Origin: Phoronis australis
Lineage: Eukaryota; Animalia; Phoronida
DNA length: 64,000 bases
Assembly (NCBI GenBank): GCA_002633005.1
Contig: NMRA01000042.1
Coordinates: 828,388 to 892,387 of the forward strand
Direction of reading: 5' to 3'
The translations under genes were made by a program, and so were the position numbers. The notes beneath the pieces were generated by a model. That model was not told the origin of the DNA, ran no database searches, and saw only the letters and a list, made by a program, of their open reading frames with translations. Below are positions 23,201-35,103 of the stretch, in pieces. Each line of letters opens with the position of its first letter. Within the stretch, counting starts at the first letter, position 1.

Positions 23201-26200
23201 AGTGCCGAACATTGAATGCATTACAATAGAACAAAAATTGATGTCATTTCTTTCTCAGATTATGTTTCAATTAAGATTTTATGCAACGTCCGATATTTAG
23301 GGTACGTCCGATATTTAGGGTACGTCTGATATTTTGGTACACTATGTGTACAACACTACTAACTAACAGTTACCTAGTTCTAGATCTAGCCTAGGGATAG
23401 GGCCAGGCTAGACAGTACCACTGTCTCGACTGGCCCTAGTAGAGACAGTGACGCTCCTATAGGTGCTTCATGCACCAGAAGCTTTTCGGCAAATTATGCC
23501 TCACACTGATTAAAACATATATATCAAAGTCACGTTGCTATACTTCTGCGCATATTAGAGGGACACCTTGGGATGAGGCTGTCGATGTCTTTCATTCCTT
23601 CCAACCTGAACAAATATTCATGGAATCAAAAAATGTTTTCAAGCAATCCTTCGTTCAGTTGCCCAAATCGGCAACTGGCTGGTTTTTGCACTGTGCGCCC
23701 TCCTATTTTTATACAGCGTGTGCCTGAAAACTTCAGGCATATGAGCATCATGACAAGGTAAAAATTACACAGCCAGTGATGCGGAATCTCTGGGTTCAAA
23801 ATTTAAGAGTTGCGTAGTTTCAAATTTAGTGTTCATTGCACATTGTTCCCAAAAATCATGGGGCAAAAATACGATATTTAGGACGTCCAAAATGCTGTGA
23901 TAACTGAGAAATATTTTTGGACCGTATACGCATTTCATGGACCACAAAAAACATTGCAAATAATCACTGTCCCAAAATGGCAGGTTGCCCATGAGATTTT
24001 ACCGTAACTCAGTGTAGAATAGTTGTCATGCTAAATTTGTATGGAGTCTTCAATATAAAATAGTAACAAGAACAAGGCGAGAGTTGAAATGGGCCCGTGA
24101 ATGCACCGCTTCTAGGGTTGTTTATTTGCATCATAAAATGGCCACTAGATGGCGCAAAAATGTCCATTCCATCCGTGAACGGGAACATGCCATTGCTTCT
24201 TTAATAGAAAACTATTTGTCAATTTTCATAGAAATCTGTCATGGAACTTCAGAGATTCAAAGGTAAACGGAAAAAAATGAAATTTTCACTTGGAGGCACA
24301 GCATTTGTTGGTTCCTCCTGAAAGTCGTCCTCATCTGGTAACGTCATATAAAGTACACTTAAAATTTAATAAAGATCCTTCAGTGGGTTTAGGAGATACA
24401 GCTATAGGGTCAAAACAAAACAAAACCTCCACTAGGAGGCGCCACAGTAGTTGAAGTCGTCATCGTCAATCGTCCTCTTCACATTGAGGAAGGCAATTTT
24501 CAAAATCATCGTTGGAAAGGTTTAGTTGATAGAAAAAAACACCAAAAAAGGCCAATAGGTGGTGCAAACTACGTCAAATCCATCCCAAAACTTAAATTGC
24601 CACTAGGGAGTACACCGGTAGTCGGGTCCGTCCGAAAGTTCGCTCATACCGCCTCATCCATGAAAGGAACACGTGCAAAATTTCATGAACATATGTCAAG
24701 GGGTTGTGGAGATAGTCGCAGACGCTGGACAGACGGACGGGGATGATGGCATAATGTGTACACATATAAATATGTGGCCGCATATAAATAAAACGAGCGT
24801 CGGTATTAAAATATATTTTAGTACCGACGCTCGTAGTTTTCATTGTTACTATTTTTATTTTATATTATTCATCGGTAACTGCACGGCATTCCAGCATCTA
24901 TTTGATATATTTATTAATAATTGAAGGCAATATCATTTTAAGGTTATGTAGGACCTTATTGACAAGTTTTTGTATTTAACTAAATATCTAAACTGTGTGT
25001 ATTTTTTGATTGTTGACTTTTTTCAATGTGCCATTAATTGGGTTATGTGGCTGTGCATTTTTGGTAAAATTTGCAGAGAATAACATTGATAGCAAATCAG
25101 CAGTATCCATGACATGACCAAATTTTTATAGAAGTACAACTTTTGAATTGTTTGTGAAAATCATTTTTCGATAGCCCTTATGCAAAAATAGGTCATTTTA
25201 AAAACAGTTCCCAATAGCATTTGACAGATCATGGGCATGATACAATGGCATCACATGGAATAAATATCTTAGACTGAGTGCTGTTGCAGCGCTACTGACA
25301 CAGTTCATTCATAAAATACCCAATACTACAGTTGACCTTTCATTGGTGAATAAACTGATGGAACCTGCAGCATACCATGATCGCCGATTTACCAGAACAG
25401 GAGGGGTTATTGTCCAACTCTGCTGTACTGCCCCCCTTGCCCATAAAGTGGTTATGTTATAGAATGACAAATCTGCCTTAGCTCTATCACCATGCTTTAT
25501 TTTTTCCAGTACAACTGTCTGATTCTCGGAAAGAAAAACAGGCTAACTATGCTGCTATGTCTCTCCTGGAGTTCTTCAATGTCAGCGACGGCTTAGATAT
25601 CACATGGGCTCACGCTGTGAACAACAAGTTTCAGCTGCAAGATGCTCTCAAAAGTAGGTGTTTATATAGAAATAAAGGCAGAGCAGCACCATTGTAATTA
25701 GAGTCAAGTACAAACCGCAATCTTCAGACTGGAATAAATTAAGTCAGTGGCGATGAATAGTCCTGCTGAAGTAGTCAATGAATTATCATTGGTTTTGTCA
25801 TGTGTAAGGCAAACGCGACCCAAAAGGATGGTTTTCAAGGATGGTGCTACATGGGGCTATAAATATGAACTACCCAGGTATGCTGCTGCTGCTGCTGCAC
25901 TGCATTTAATAAATGAAACTTACAGGAAGGCACAATTGGGAGTGGCACCTGTGATTCTTAAATCTTAATCACAATATCTGGTTGTAGAATTCTAAGCAGG
26001 AGGTGGCAGAGGAACATGTGACAATGTATGCGATTGGATGCGATGTTTCCTCTGGAGGTCACTTGTATCCAGTCCCACATTATCAGTCGCCACATTGATA
26101 CTTTAAAGTTTCCCATTGTCTCTGAAATGTTATTTTTTGTAATCAGAGGTGTTGAAAGGAACACTGAGGGTACAGTGGTGTTCGTCTGCAGTTACCATTT

Positions 26201-27252
26201 TGTTGTGAAACATGCCCCTAGAAATTATTTGGCATTTCCACATGGCACGCTCTCATGTATATTGTGATGATGTAGATAAGAGGCTTAGGCAACCTAATGT
26301 GAATAAGGAGTGCAATCAGTGTGACCACTGCCATCTCTAAGCAAAAGAAACTCATGACAATAAACATGTTTTTGATATGTGCTATTCATCTGTCAGTACC
26401 AGATTTGGAATGCCCGATTCCACGGCGGTTGGGATCTGATTTGGTGTTTTGCCAATGATATTATCGCTGACCACTTTTACCCGATGGAAATGTATAGTCT
26501 TTGCAAATCCTGGGATTGCGGATGCAGTGTTACCCCAGTTGGCAATTCTCAACGTGTCTTATCCCGTTTTAGGTGATGTTATGATGCTTGAGACTGACAT
26601 TCTGCTCAGGGGTCAGGGCACCCCCAATCAAGTAGACATCCCAGTTATGGCTCACCCTCCCCTGGTCGACAGTGATAATACTTTTGAGGACTGGCTGACA
26701 GAAGTTCTTAAAACAACTAAGGGAATGAAGCTAGATTTTAAAAGCATGGATGCTCTTGGACCAGTGTTGGATATTTTAATCTCAAAAAGAGATGATATTC
26801 GCCAACCCATCTGGTTCAACATGGATATACTTACGGGTATAAACACTAACAGCTCCAAAGCCAACGCAAGCCTGTTCGTTCCGACAGTTATTGAAAGGTT
26901 CCCCCAATGTACGCTATCTCTGGGATGGACAACTCATTGGACCAATACGGCTGCGGATAAAGGATACACTCGTGCCATGGTGACAGAAATGGCGGGAATA
27001 TGCAATAAAATAACCCAGCCTGTTACATTTCCTGTTCGTGCTGCCGCGGTAAGGCAATCATGGACACATATTAAATGGTTGTTGGACCAGTCAGATAGGT
27101 ACACGTTGACTATATGGAGTGGTGCTAATGATAGAGTTGATGCTGATGACATGGTATTCGTGCGAAATCAAACAGATATACGACAAGTGTATTACGACCT
27201 ACCTGAGCCTCTGAACACAGAATTTATGAAGAAGCTAAAAGTAAAAACGTAG
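20215..27252 (+). CDS. FAM151B: FAM151B / menorin-like protein (PLC-like phosphodiesterase fold, DUF2181), 305 aa, N-terminal hydrophobic anchor
   Basis: join(20215..20308,25510..25653,26573..27252) = 918 nt with GT-AG introns, both phase 1. Motifs DGLDITWAHAVN, MMLETDI, PVMAHPP..DSD, KGMKLDFKS, PIWFNMDIL, LSLGWTT, VTFPVRA, TLTIWS, VYYDL. Exon 1 (MFRRHVSFKVLIGIAVVLWLYQL) is the least certain part. Confidence 0.88.
20964..22644 (+). mobile_element. Complete Kolobok-like non-autonomous element with decayed THAP domain, in FAM151B intron 1
   Basis: TIRs AGGAGAATGCCACCC / GGGTGGCATGCTCCT with TTAA TSD (20960-20963, 22645-22648). Frameshifted THAP remnant from ATG 21138: MLQCIVPACPN ... FFLLPRE..MLRKWL...HLRVCG. 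Confidence 0.8.
24065..24790 (-). mobile_element. DINE-1/Helentron-like non-autonomous element (HINE), copy 1
   Basis: Reverse complement of the family at 37647, 43121, 45268 and 51888: T-run, subterminal hairpin, GTCY microsatellite, ~145-bp central repeats, 3' stem-loop ending CTTGTT. Confidence 0.75.
24942..25210 (+). mobile_element. Second TTAA-flanked (Kolobok-like) repeat family, left end; other fragments at ~16440-16858, ~27420-27633 and ~57300-57471
   Basis: TTAA|GGTTATGTAGGACCTTATTGACAAGT is the inverse of ACTTCTCAATAAAGTCCTACATCACC|TTAA at 27608-27637. Internal blocks are shared between 16457-16560 and 25023-25125, and between 27427-27515 and 57305-57390. Confidence 0.5.
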
Positions 27253-27816
27253 ACTGTTTTCTTCTGTATCTGCTAATTTTTTGGTTATTTTTATTGAAAA
27301 TACAAATCTTTTGTTACCATAGAAACTTAATCAGTGCATAATTGCTGCTAAAGATTATTTTTAAACTGTTCCACTTTGCATGGCGGATATCAAAGAAACA
27401 GGACTCTCATTTTTGCTCAATTTTACTTAAAAGACATGGTCACATTACCCTATGAATGATAGATTGGTAATTAGTCAAAACTGAAATTCTACAGGCTTTC
27501 TACTTTCAGAAACAATTATTATACTTTCATGGAGTTTTATCTACAAATATTACAAAATGTAGATTTCAAAAAATCTACAGTTTGTAGATATTAGACTAAG
27601 TACGCAGACTTCTCAATAAAGTCCTACATCACCTTAAAACCAGGATTATAATTATTCAAAGGTGTCCAACATCACTGATCATTTGTATTTTTAACAAAGA
27701 GAAAACCTAATGTTGATTTTCTTGTTAAATAATTGGCAATTAAGTTGCTTTACAAATGTCTCTTATGTCATATCTCTAGTATTGTAAAAACAACAAAATG
27801 CAAATAAATATGGATG

Positions 27817-30800
27817 TCACTTTAAATCTCGGTACCTTTTATAACTGTCCTTGTCCTTCCATTTCTGGGAATGGAACGTGAATTCAGATTGTTCAACTAT
27901 ATTTTGCGACTGGCTAGAAATATTGCACTCATTCCCCGAATGCACAACCGCTGAACACTGCCTGTATTTGTCATACTTTTTGGCATCTTTCCATTTTTCA
28001 GAATGAAATGTAAATTCACTATATTCATCATTCGTGTCCACGAGTTGAGGCGTGTCTCTTCTTTGAGTGGAATTCTTTAACTCTTGTGTTACATTCCTGT
28101 AATCACCCATATTTCTATACCTGTCGTACCTTTCATCATCGCTCCATTTTTCAGAATGGAAAGTGAACTCGGGATAGTCATCAGAATTGCATAGTAACGA
28201 TTCAGGCATTTCATCTATTTGACTTTCTGAGCTGCAACTGAGCAAAGAATTTCGACCAGATCTTTCACTGGAAAGTTCCTTACTTTCTTCAGAATGCATC
28301 AGAGATAAACACGGATCAATTTCAAGACGTGTGCCCAAAGGATCCACCTTATCATCTTGTGGCATGCATAACATGTTATCGATGTCACTGCCAGCGTCAA
28401 CTTTTGTCACCCTGTCAGCACACTCGTCAAATAGCACAGAATGCAGCTCAGTTTCAACTAGAAACTCTTTGGATGCAACAGAATGAGGCTCTGTATTACA
28501 GTCATTAAACATCATAGAATGTAAACCTGGAGAACCTTTGGATTCTCCCAAGGTCTTGTTCAGAGAAGGTAATTCAGTTTTGGGTTCTGAATCATACATT
28601 TTACACTCGTCAAATGAACATGTTCCGGTGTGACCTATGTACTCCTTGCAGGGCTGGTGGCAGGGATCGTTTTCTTTCTCTTTCTCAAGCTCAGCTATGA
28701 ATCCACCACTGCTTTGCACCTTGCGGCTGTATTCAGTGGAGTTCACGTCCACATAACCAGTGGTGCTGTTGTGTTGTGGGACTACATCATGACCTGACGA
28801 TACTGTTGTGACTTCACCTATAATAATTGAACACGATGTCATAAGTAAATGTGTAATGTGAAAGATCTTCAATTTTGGACCAAAAAACAATTGCCAAACT
28901 TGTCTCATGGTGCAATAAGTAAATGCATACTGGTACTACAAAAATTCTTCAATTTTGGACCAGAAACTTCTGAAAATATGAAGAAGTGGTGAAAATTCTT
29001 CAATTTTGGGTCAAATATAATTGCTGAAATTTCCAATTTAAAGACTTCCTCGTTTACTGCAAATATTCTAAACTATACCAAAAATCATTTTATGACAGAT
29101 GCAGTTAGCGCATTACTACGGTAACATTTTGTTATTACTACTGACGACTATTCGACAAAATAGAAATTCCCTTTCCATCCACGTTGAGTGTGTACGTCAC
29201 TAACAAATGTAAACACTAGTTATTGGGACTGGTCTGCTTCCCATACACTTATCGGGCATTCTTATTATCAGCATCCTTGTCCTCACGAGCTACATAACCA
29301 TTTCCCACACACAAAAAAATTTATTTGTCATGCACCATATTTCCTGCCTCACGAACAACATTCTGTTCTCATGAACAACATCTGGTGTCCAGTTACTGAG
29401 TAGAAAGTTTCGTCACTCTGTCATAGTGAGTTTAACACTGCTAATTCAGAAGATAAGTTTTTCATAAGAAAATATCTGTGGTCTGAGTGTGAGAACCATG
29501 TTTTTTTTTTTTCAAAAAACAAATTATAGCATGTGAGAAAGGAAATATGGCTGGCAAGAAAAGAAATGTGTTCATAAGATATGGTCAGTGTTAGTTTAGT
29601 ACCCTTGTGCAGTTCATGAAGGCTAAAGTTTAAACTTTAGGGGAGACTTTCAATGAACAATGCTGCGAAAAAGTCCAACAGAGAAGAACACTAGGCTATA
29701 GAACAGAGCATTCTCTCCATTTACAGTAGACCTTATGCAGGAATAATTTTAGGAACGTGTCCCAGCGCATAAAAAATTCACTGACACTATGATTGCTTTC
29801 CTACGGCCAACAGGCACACTAAAACTGTCACATCATCACCTGAATTAGTCTTGAATAATACGCATTACATTCAAAGTCTAAAACAACTACGATATGAGAG
29901 CAGCAGGTGAAAACAAATTTCTAGAGATATCGCGTGTGGCATATTGCGAAAATGCAGATCCCAATTAAATGTGGACTTATGTGTTAAAGTTAAATTGAAA
30001 TGCAGTTAGCCGTTCAGACCAATCACTAATTGTCTTATGAAGAAATATATAAATGACAACCCCAAAATTAATCCAAAAAGGACTTTCGACCCATAGACCC
30101 TAAAACTTGGCCCATAGATTTGAGGTCATGCGGTTCAGTTGACTCAGAGCCACATTTTTCCAAAATGATCCCTGCATATGCCCCTGTGCCCAAACCTACC
30201 TGTTTTTGTCTTGAAGAATGCCTCTATCTTTGACTGCTTTGTAGCTGTGACAGGAACTTTGGTTTGAGTGAATTGCAGCTCCAGAAGTGGTTTCTGGCCC
30301 ATTGGCTTGAAAGGTATTGGTTTAAATCTCCGTTGTTTGTTGCCAGAAATCTACAATTACATAACACTTATCATAAAAATTACTGATAAGAAATCACACA
30401 TACATATTCAGATATTTTAAAGTTGATAAAAACAAGGCTGGATTTAAACTGGTTTGATATGTTTCGGCATTTATTGAAACACCATCCTCAGAAGCATAAA
30501 CAGTGGCCTTCCAGATATATGCCCAACGACAAGTAATGGTACACAGACACAGTCAGTTACAGGGGAGTAATAATAGACTCGGACTAACAATGACAACCTG
30601 AGGTATGTCAGTTACCTATTGTGACTGGGCTTACAGCATGCAGCGCTCCAATTAAGTCAACCGAAATTGTAAACTTCAGTTATTGTTGGTGAATCTTTCC
30701 CTTGAAGCAATATATATAGTTGCACTCTGGTATGGCCCGGAGGTGCCAATACTTCCTCATTAAAAGGTAACAGCGAATCCAATCACATATCCACATTAGT

Positions 30801-32325
30801 TTTAATTAACTAATACCAAAACTATTAAGTTAAGTTTGTCATTTATATGATTTGAACATATCCACAAAATTCTGTTGTTTCGCCTGAGCTTCCCTCGGAA
30901 GGTGTCATGTTGAGATAGCTATGTGAAATCTCATCAGTTCACAAAAAAGCCCCAGGGACACAAATCTCACAAGTTCTTCTGGTACACTGGAGCCCACTTA
31001 CTTCATACCGCCAGACAACAGAACATGCTAGTTACTGTAGTTAAATGTCAAAAATAAATCCTTTCCTATTAATCTCAAGTAAAATAAGCCGAATAATATC
31101 ATGGTTTATTGTCATACTCCTGGATGCATCGCAATTAAAGAGTTAAAAGCCAGGATACTAAACCAGGTTTTGATGATTTAAACCAGCCCTCGTTCTGCCA
31201 CCTACCAATGCATCTATGTTGTCAACTTCCAAGTTAAAGTCAGGAACAACAAAGAGCTACGGAGTACTCCCTATGTCACAGATTGGACATTCATGGTCCT
31301 TGGTGGGTGGCCTTTTCCCACAGTTGCTGTGTAATTAGCTAAAAGTGTAGGTCACACTGCCTGTGTAGCAGACTTATAAGGAGTTATCAGATTTTCCTCC
31401 AAACCTTCGAGGGTCACGGTTGTCAAGGGTTGCAGAGCATTATTTTGTACTGGATGGAAATTAATTTTTAGTATCAGTTTATAGGCCAAAACTGGGTTTG
31501 GTACGATTTTAACAAATTTGATTCTCACCCGCTCACGCATACCTTGGTACGTTTCTATCTAAAAAACAACCTAATTAATTCATTTTCAATTCATTTTTCT
31601 TATTGGGAATATAAAATACAAAAAGGTCTAAGAGTAAAAGGGCAACAGGGCATGTCATAGACCCAGCGACAAACGCATTGCTTAGGGTTGGAAATAACCA
31701 GGAGTTATTTACTACAGGAGCGGATCCATGATTTTGAGTTAAGGGGGCCGGGGCCACAGGGCAAAGTATTAGTATGGACCCCTCCCCCATCCACCACTGT
31801 GCTAATCAGTAGTCATCCCTAGGAACAGCGATAACTTTTGAGTTAATAATTGCTACCTTCAATTTAAATTGTCTGGGACTTGGTTTACCGGTAAACTGCG
31901 GTAAAGCGTTTGACTGCATCTGCTGATTTCTGTAAAATTATTTTTCTCGCTAAGAATGTCCCTTGGCTTTAGACCATGCAAGTTCACAGCTTTTTGGTCA
32001 CATGATTAATAATTTTGCATGTTTATAACAAAAGATAGGCCTGCTTATAACAAGCTTTGTTGGTTTAATCATTGTGAGCCCTTAATTCGCCTAAAAGATT
32101 CCGGCGTATGAAAGGCACTGGGGCTGGGAATCGCCTCTACTCACTGACTGCTGAGACGTTGAGTTGACACAATGTCTAACACCGTCTCATCATATATCAT
32201 TAAATTAATCTGTTTCAACACTTTATACAGTTTTGATCAACGTGCACCTTTTGTTTTCCTATTGTAGTCAGCCATTTATCACATTCCTCTTGAATCTTTG
32301 TCTCTCCTCGCTTTCGTTTTGACAT
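27817..32325 (-). CDS. AUNIP: AUNIP-like protein (Aurora kinase A and ninein-interacting protein N-terminal signature), acidic low-complexity body, C-terminal triple repeat
   Basis: complement join(32325..32248, [possible 30-nt exon 31558..31529], 30350..30200, 28817..27817), with phases 0 and 1 consistent. The N-terminus EECDKWL...LQFTQ...QSKIEAFF resembles my recollection of vertebrate AUNIP (EEACGVWL...IYFTQ...QRSIASFF). The rest of the protein is not recognisably similar. Confidence 0.65.
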
Positions 32326-32329
32326 TTTC

Positions 32330-32520
32330 GTCAAAATACCGCAGTCAACATCATTTTATAATTCCCGCAAATTCACTTCAAGTAATACTTGTCTCGTGAT
32401 ACTTGATTGGTCTAGATTTTGTTTACACTCGGACACAACCAATGAGATGTACAATGTGTTATTTATCAAGGAAGTAAACTTTGAGCCATGGCGTGACGTT
32501 CGGCGGCTGCAAGGTGTGCC
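32330..32520. promoter_or_regulatory. Putative bidirectional promoter for the AUNIP-like gene and GK5, with E2F-like, two CCAAT and CRE-like sites
   Basis: TTCCCGC (32362), ATTGG (32406), CCAAT (32439) and TGACGT (32494). GK5's first coding exon has an acceptor (TTTCAG, 35067) upstream of its ATG, implying an upstream non-coding exon; a candidate donor is GAG|GTATAG at 32744. Confidence 0.4.
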
Positions 32521-32755
32521 GCGATATTGCATAGAGAATACATTGCCTATGTTCTACATGGTGCAAGGGCTTATTGGAATGCCGTCTCTTCTTTGAACGC
32601 AGGCTTTGCAAACAGTACTGGTAAACTATCATCATTCTTGACTGCTCTTGTTGAGGTTTACGACTTCAGTTTTGATGACCACTGCCCGGACTGCCTGGCT
32701 AGCCTTACAGTACAGTGACAAGTTCTGAGAATTGAGTACTGAGGTATAGTGGGGT

Positions 32756-33093
32756 TTAGACATTGACCACTGTCTCTAGTTGAACTACAGATGGTGAAGC
32801 TCCTATATGCGCTTCATACACGGAACAGAATGAAGGACTGCTCGAAGAAAAAGTTTGATAACGGGAGTGTTTGTTCTAGTTGGAAGGAATTAACAAATAA
32901 TAAAATATATCCAGGACCTCCTAAAGGATAAAAGGTGTCCTTCAGTGAGCAAAAGTTTACTTTATAACAACATGACTTTGATGTTATAATCAGTGTGAGG
33001 CATGATTTCTCGAAAAATTTCCGGCGTATGAAGCTACACTATAGGACCTTCACTGTTTCTACTGGCCAGCAAGAGACTGAACGGCACTGTCTA
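32756..33093. mobile_element. MITE with TAGACA termini; related ends at ~23409-23480 and ~32099-32178
   Basis: The left end TAGACATTGACCACTGTCTC...CTCCTATA...GCTTCATACACGGAA is the inverse of the right end TTCCGGCGTATGAAGC...TATAGGA...GAGAC...CACTGTCTA. Confidence 0.5.
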
Positions 33094-33798
33094 AGTCATG
33101 GGTATTTACATGCTGTATAGTCGTGTGGTAGATGTGCTCCCGGAATCATATGAGCCTCTGTTAGCCACTCGCTTATTAGTTGAATGGTTGACACGCTAGC
33201 CAGTTTTATGGGGGTCGTTGGTTTGATTCCCGGGTCGGGTAATCTCGGCTATTACTACAGTAGGTAGAGTGGATACTAGTAGCTCCCTGTCTGTGCTGCC
33301 GCTTCTTGACATGACTGGCGCAAATGGGTGACCTTCTTGTACAATGCTAGTACTGATTAACCCTCTGTTCATTTCCGTTTGACCTTAAGTACATAGACCA
33401 TAACGACATTCAGTGTTCTATTCAACTTCCTTGACAGAACGATGGACTATTCGAAAAAATGTTGATTGTGGGAGTATTTGTTCGAGATGGAAGGTCAATC
33501 AACTGCCTCTAGAGGTTCCAGTGTCCACTGATCTACACTTATACATACGTAATGTAACTTTGATAGTTTAGCCAGGGTTAAGCATAATTTGCAGAAAATC
33601 TTCGACGGTTGATTAGGATACGTGGTGATGTCTATACAGAGGGCAGAATTGGTTGACCAACTTACTAAGATTGTGACTTGCGTGTCAGTTGTGTTGTCAC
33701 TCATCACTATGGTCATCTGTCATTTATTTGTTTTTGAATTAATAAAAATTAAATTAGATTAAATTAAATTATTGCAACCATCGAGGAGACAGCAAAAG

Positions 33799-34395
33799 CA
33801 GGTTCTCAAATTGGGAGAAATTATTCCATTTGTGTGATTTCTGCTGAATTCTGGGAGAAAAAATCTCTATGTTAGGAGAAACTCAAAATTGTGGGAACAA
33901 ATTTCACAGTGTCCAATGGTAATGATATGGTCAATCAGGGAAATTGAAAATTGCACTATATTGCACACGAAAAAGTACTTGGATTGACCGTAAGAATTAA
34001 TTCTTGCGGTCAATCCAAGTGAATAGGTCGGTTCACATTGACACACTGATCACCTGTTTGCTGCCTTGCTGAAGACAACCTGACAGTATGTAAATCAACA
34101 ACCATAGTACATGATAAACTACTATTCAAGTAACAATAAATCACCAGAACTCTTTAAAACATCCGTTTTAACTGAAGTTTTCCATTGGCCAAATCCATTT
34201 TTCTGTGAGCAACAAAAATTAATTGTCAAATGTGAAATCAAATTCTCCTAATTGCGAGATCAATTCATCCTCAAGCCAGTAAAATTCTCCTGAAATTCTT
34301 GCGATCATGTGAAATTCTCCTGAAATTCTTGCGATCATGTGAAATTCTCCTGAAATTCTTGCGATCGTGTGAAATTCTCCCAATTTGGGAACCTG
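33799..34395. mobile_element. MITE with CAGGTTCTCAAATTGGGAGAA TIRs and an internal 30-bp repeat (x3)
   Basis: TIRs at 33799 and ~34375-34395. TGAAATTCTTGCGATCATGTGAAATTCTCC repeats three times at 34291-34380. No clear TSD. Confidence 0.55.
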
Positions 34396-35103
34396 CTTTG
34401 GCTGGTAGAGGTCAAGTTGTGCCTATGTACTGGCATCAATTACCCAACTAGCTCGGATAACTCCCTTACATAGAGTAGATATCCAGTCAACCTGGTCCTT
34501 TGGCATTGTCCATTTGTCAGTTTGTTAAATAGTAAACGTGGAAAATGTGACTGAGTACCTCAGCTGCTGAGATACTTTGTTCATCACATGCATTGTAATA
34601 GGCAGCAAGTAGTCCCTGCTAGTCTGGCATAGGTCGCACCAGAGTGGTGTAACTGCCTATCCTTATTATAAATCCAGAAATATTCTTGTCTCCAGTCAAA
34701 TATCACAAAGATGTGACTTTTTAGACAAGGCTCAGTTCACTAAGTCACTTTTTAGGTATTTTTCTTTACATTTGAAATTAGTATTTAAAAGTTGATATCA
34801 TTAAGTGACATTAAACCCATTCCGTCTGTCAAACAATAGTCATATCTCTGTTTCTTACTAGTACTGTTGTTTAGAAGTAATATCCGAGATCATGAGGAAC
34901 TGACAGTTCATTCTTTTTTCGAAAACAGACCATGAAATTTCAAGTCTCACCGTAAGCCCAAAAACTATCTCTGACCTGCGTAAGGACGAATATGAGACCA
35001 ATGTTATTACGGCATGTGGTCTAAATCATAACTAAAGTGCTCTAATGAATTGTAACTGAACTTTCAGTGACCGTCAATACGAATAGCAGAACAGCCTGAC
35101 AAT

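Noticed and set aside
23286-23338. 18-bp repeat x3 (ACGTCCGATATTTAGGGT)
   Set aside because: A short local tandem repeat, probably the subterminal repeat of a decayed transposon. There is no evidence of function.
26449-26572. N-terminal extension of the 267-aa ORF (MPMILSL...)
   Set aside because: This is intronic read-through. FAM151 homology starts at the acceptor TTTTAG|26573 and joins in phase to exon 25510-25653.
28818-28908. ATG start of the 363-aa minus-strand ORF as a single-exon gene
   Set aside because: A phase-compatible acceptor at 28818-28819 links it to upstream exons carrying the AUNIP-like signature, so the first 30 codons are probably intron.
33115-33370. tRNA/SINE-like segment (GGTTTGATTCCCGGGTCGGG)
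   Set aside because: Only degenerate A/B-box similarity; boundaries and TSD cannot be defined.
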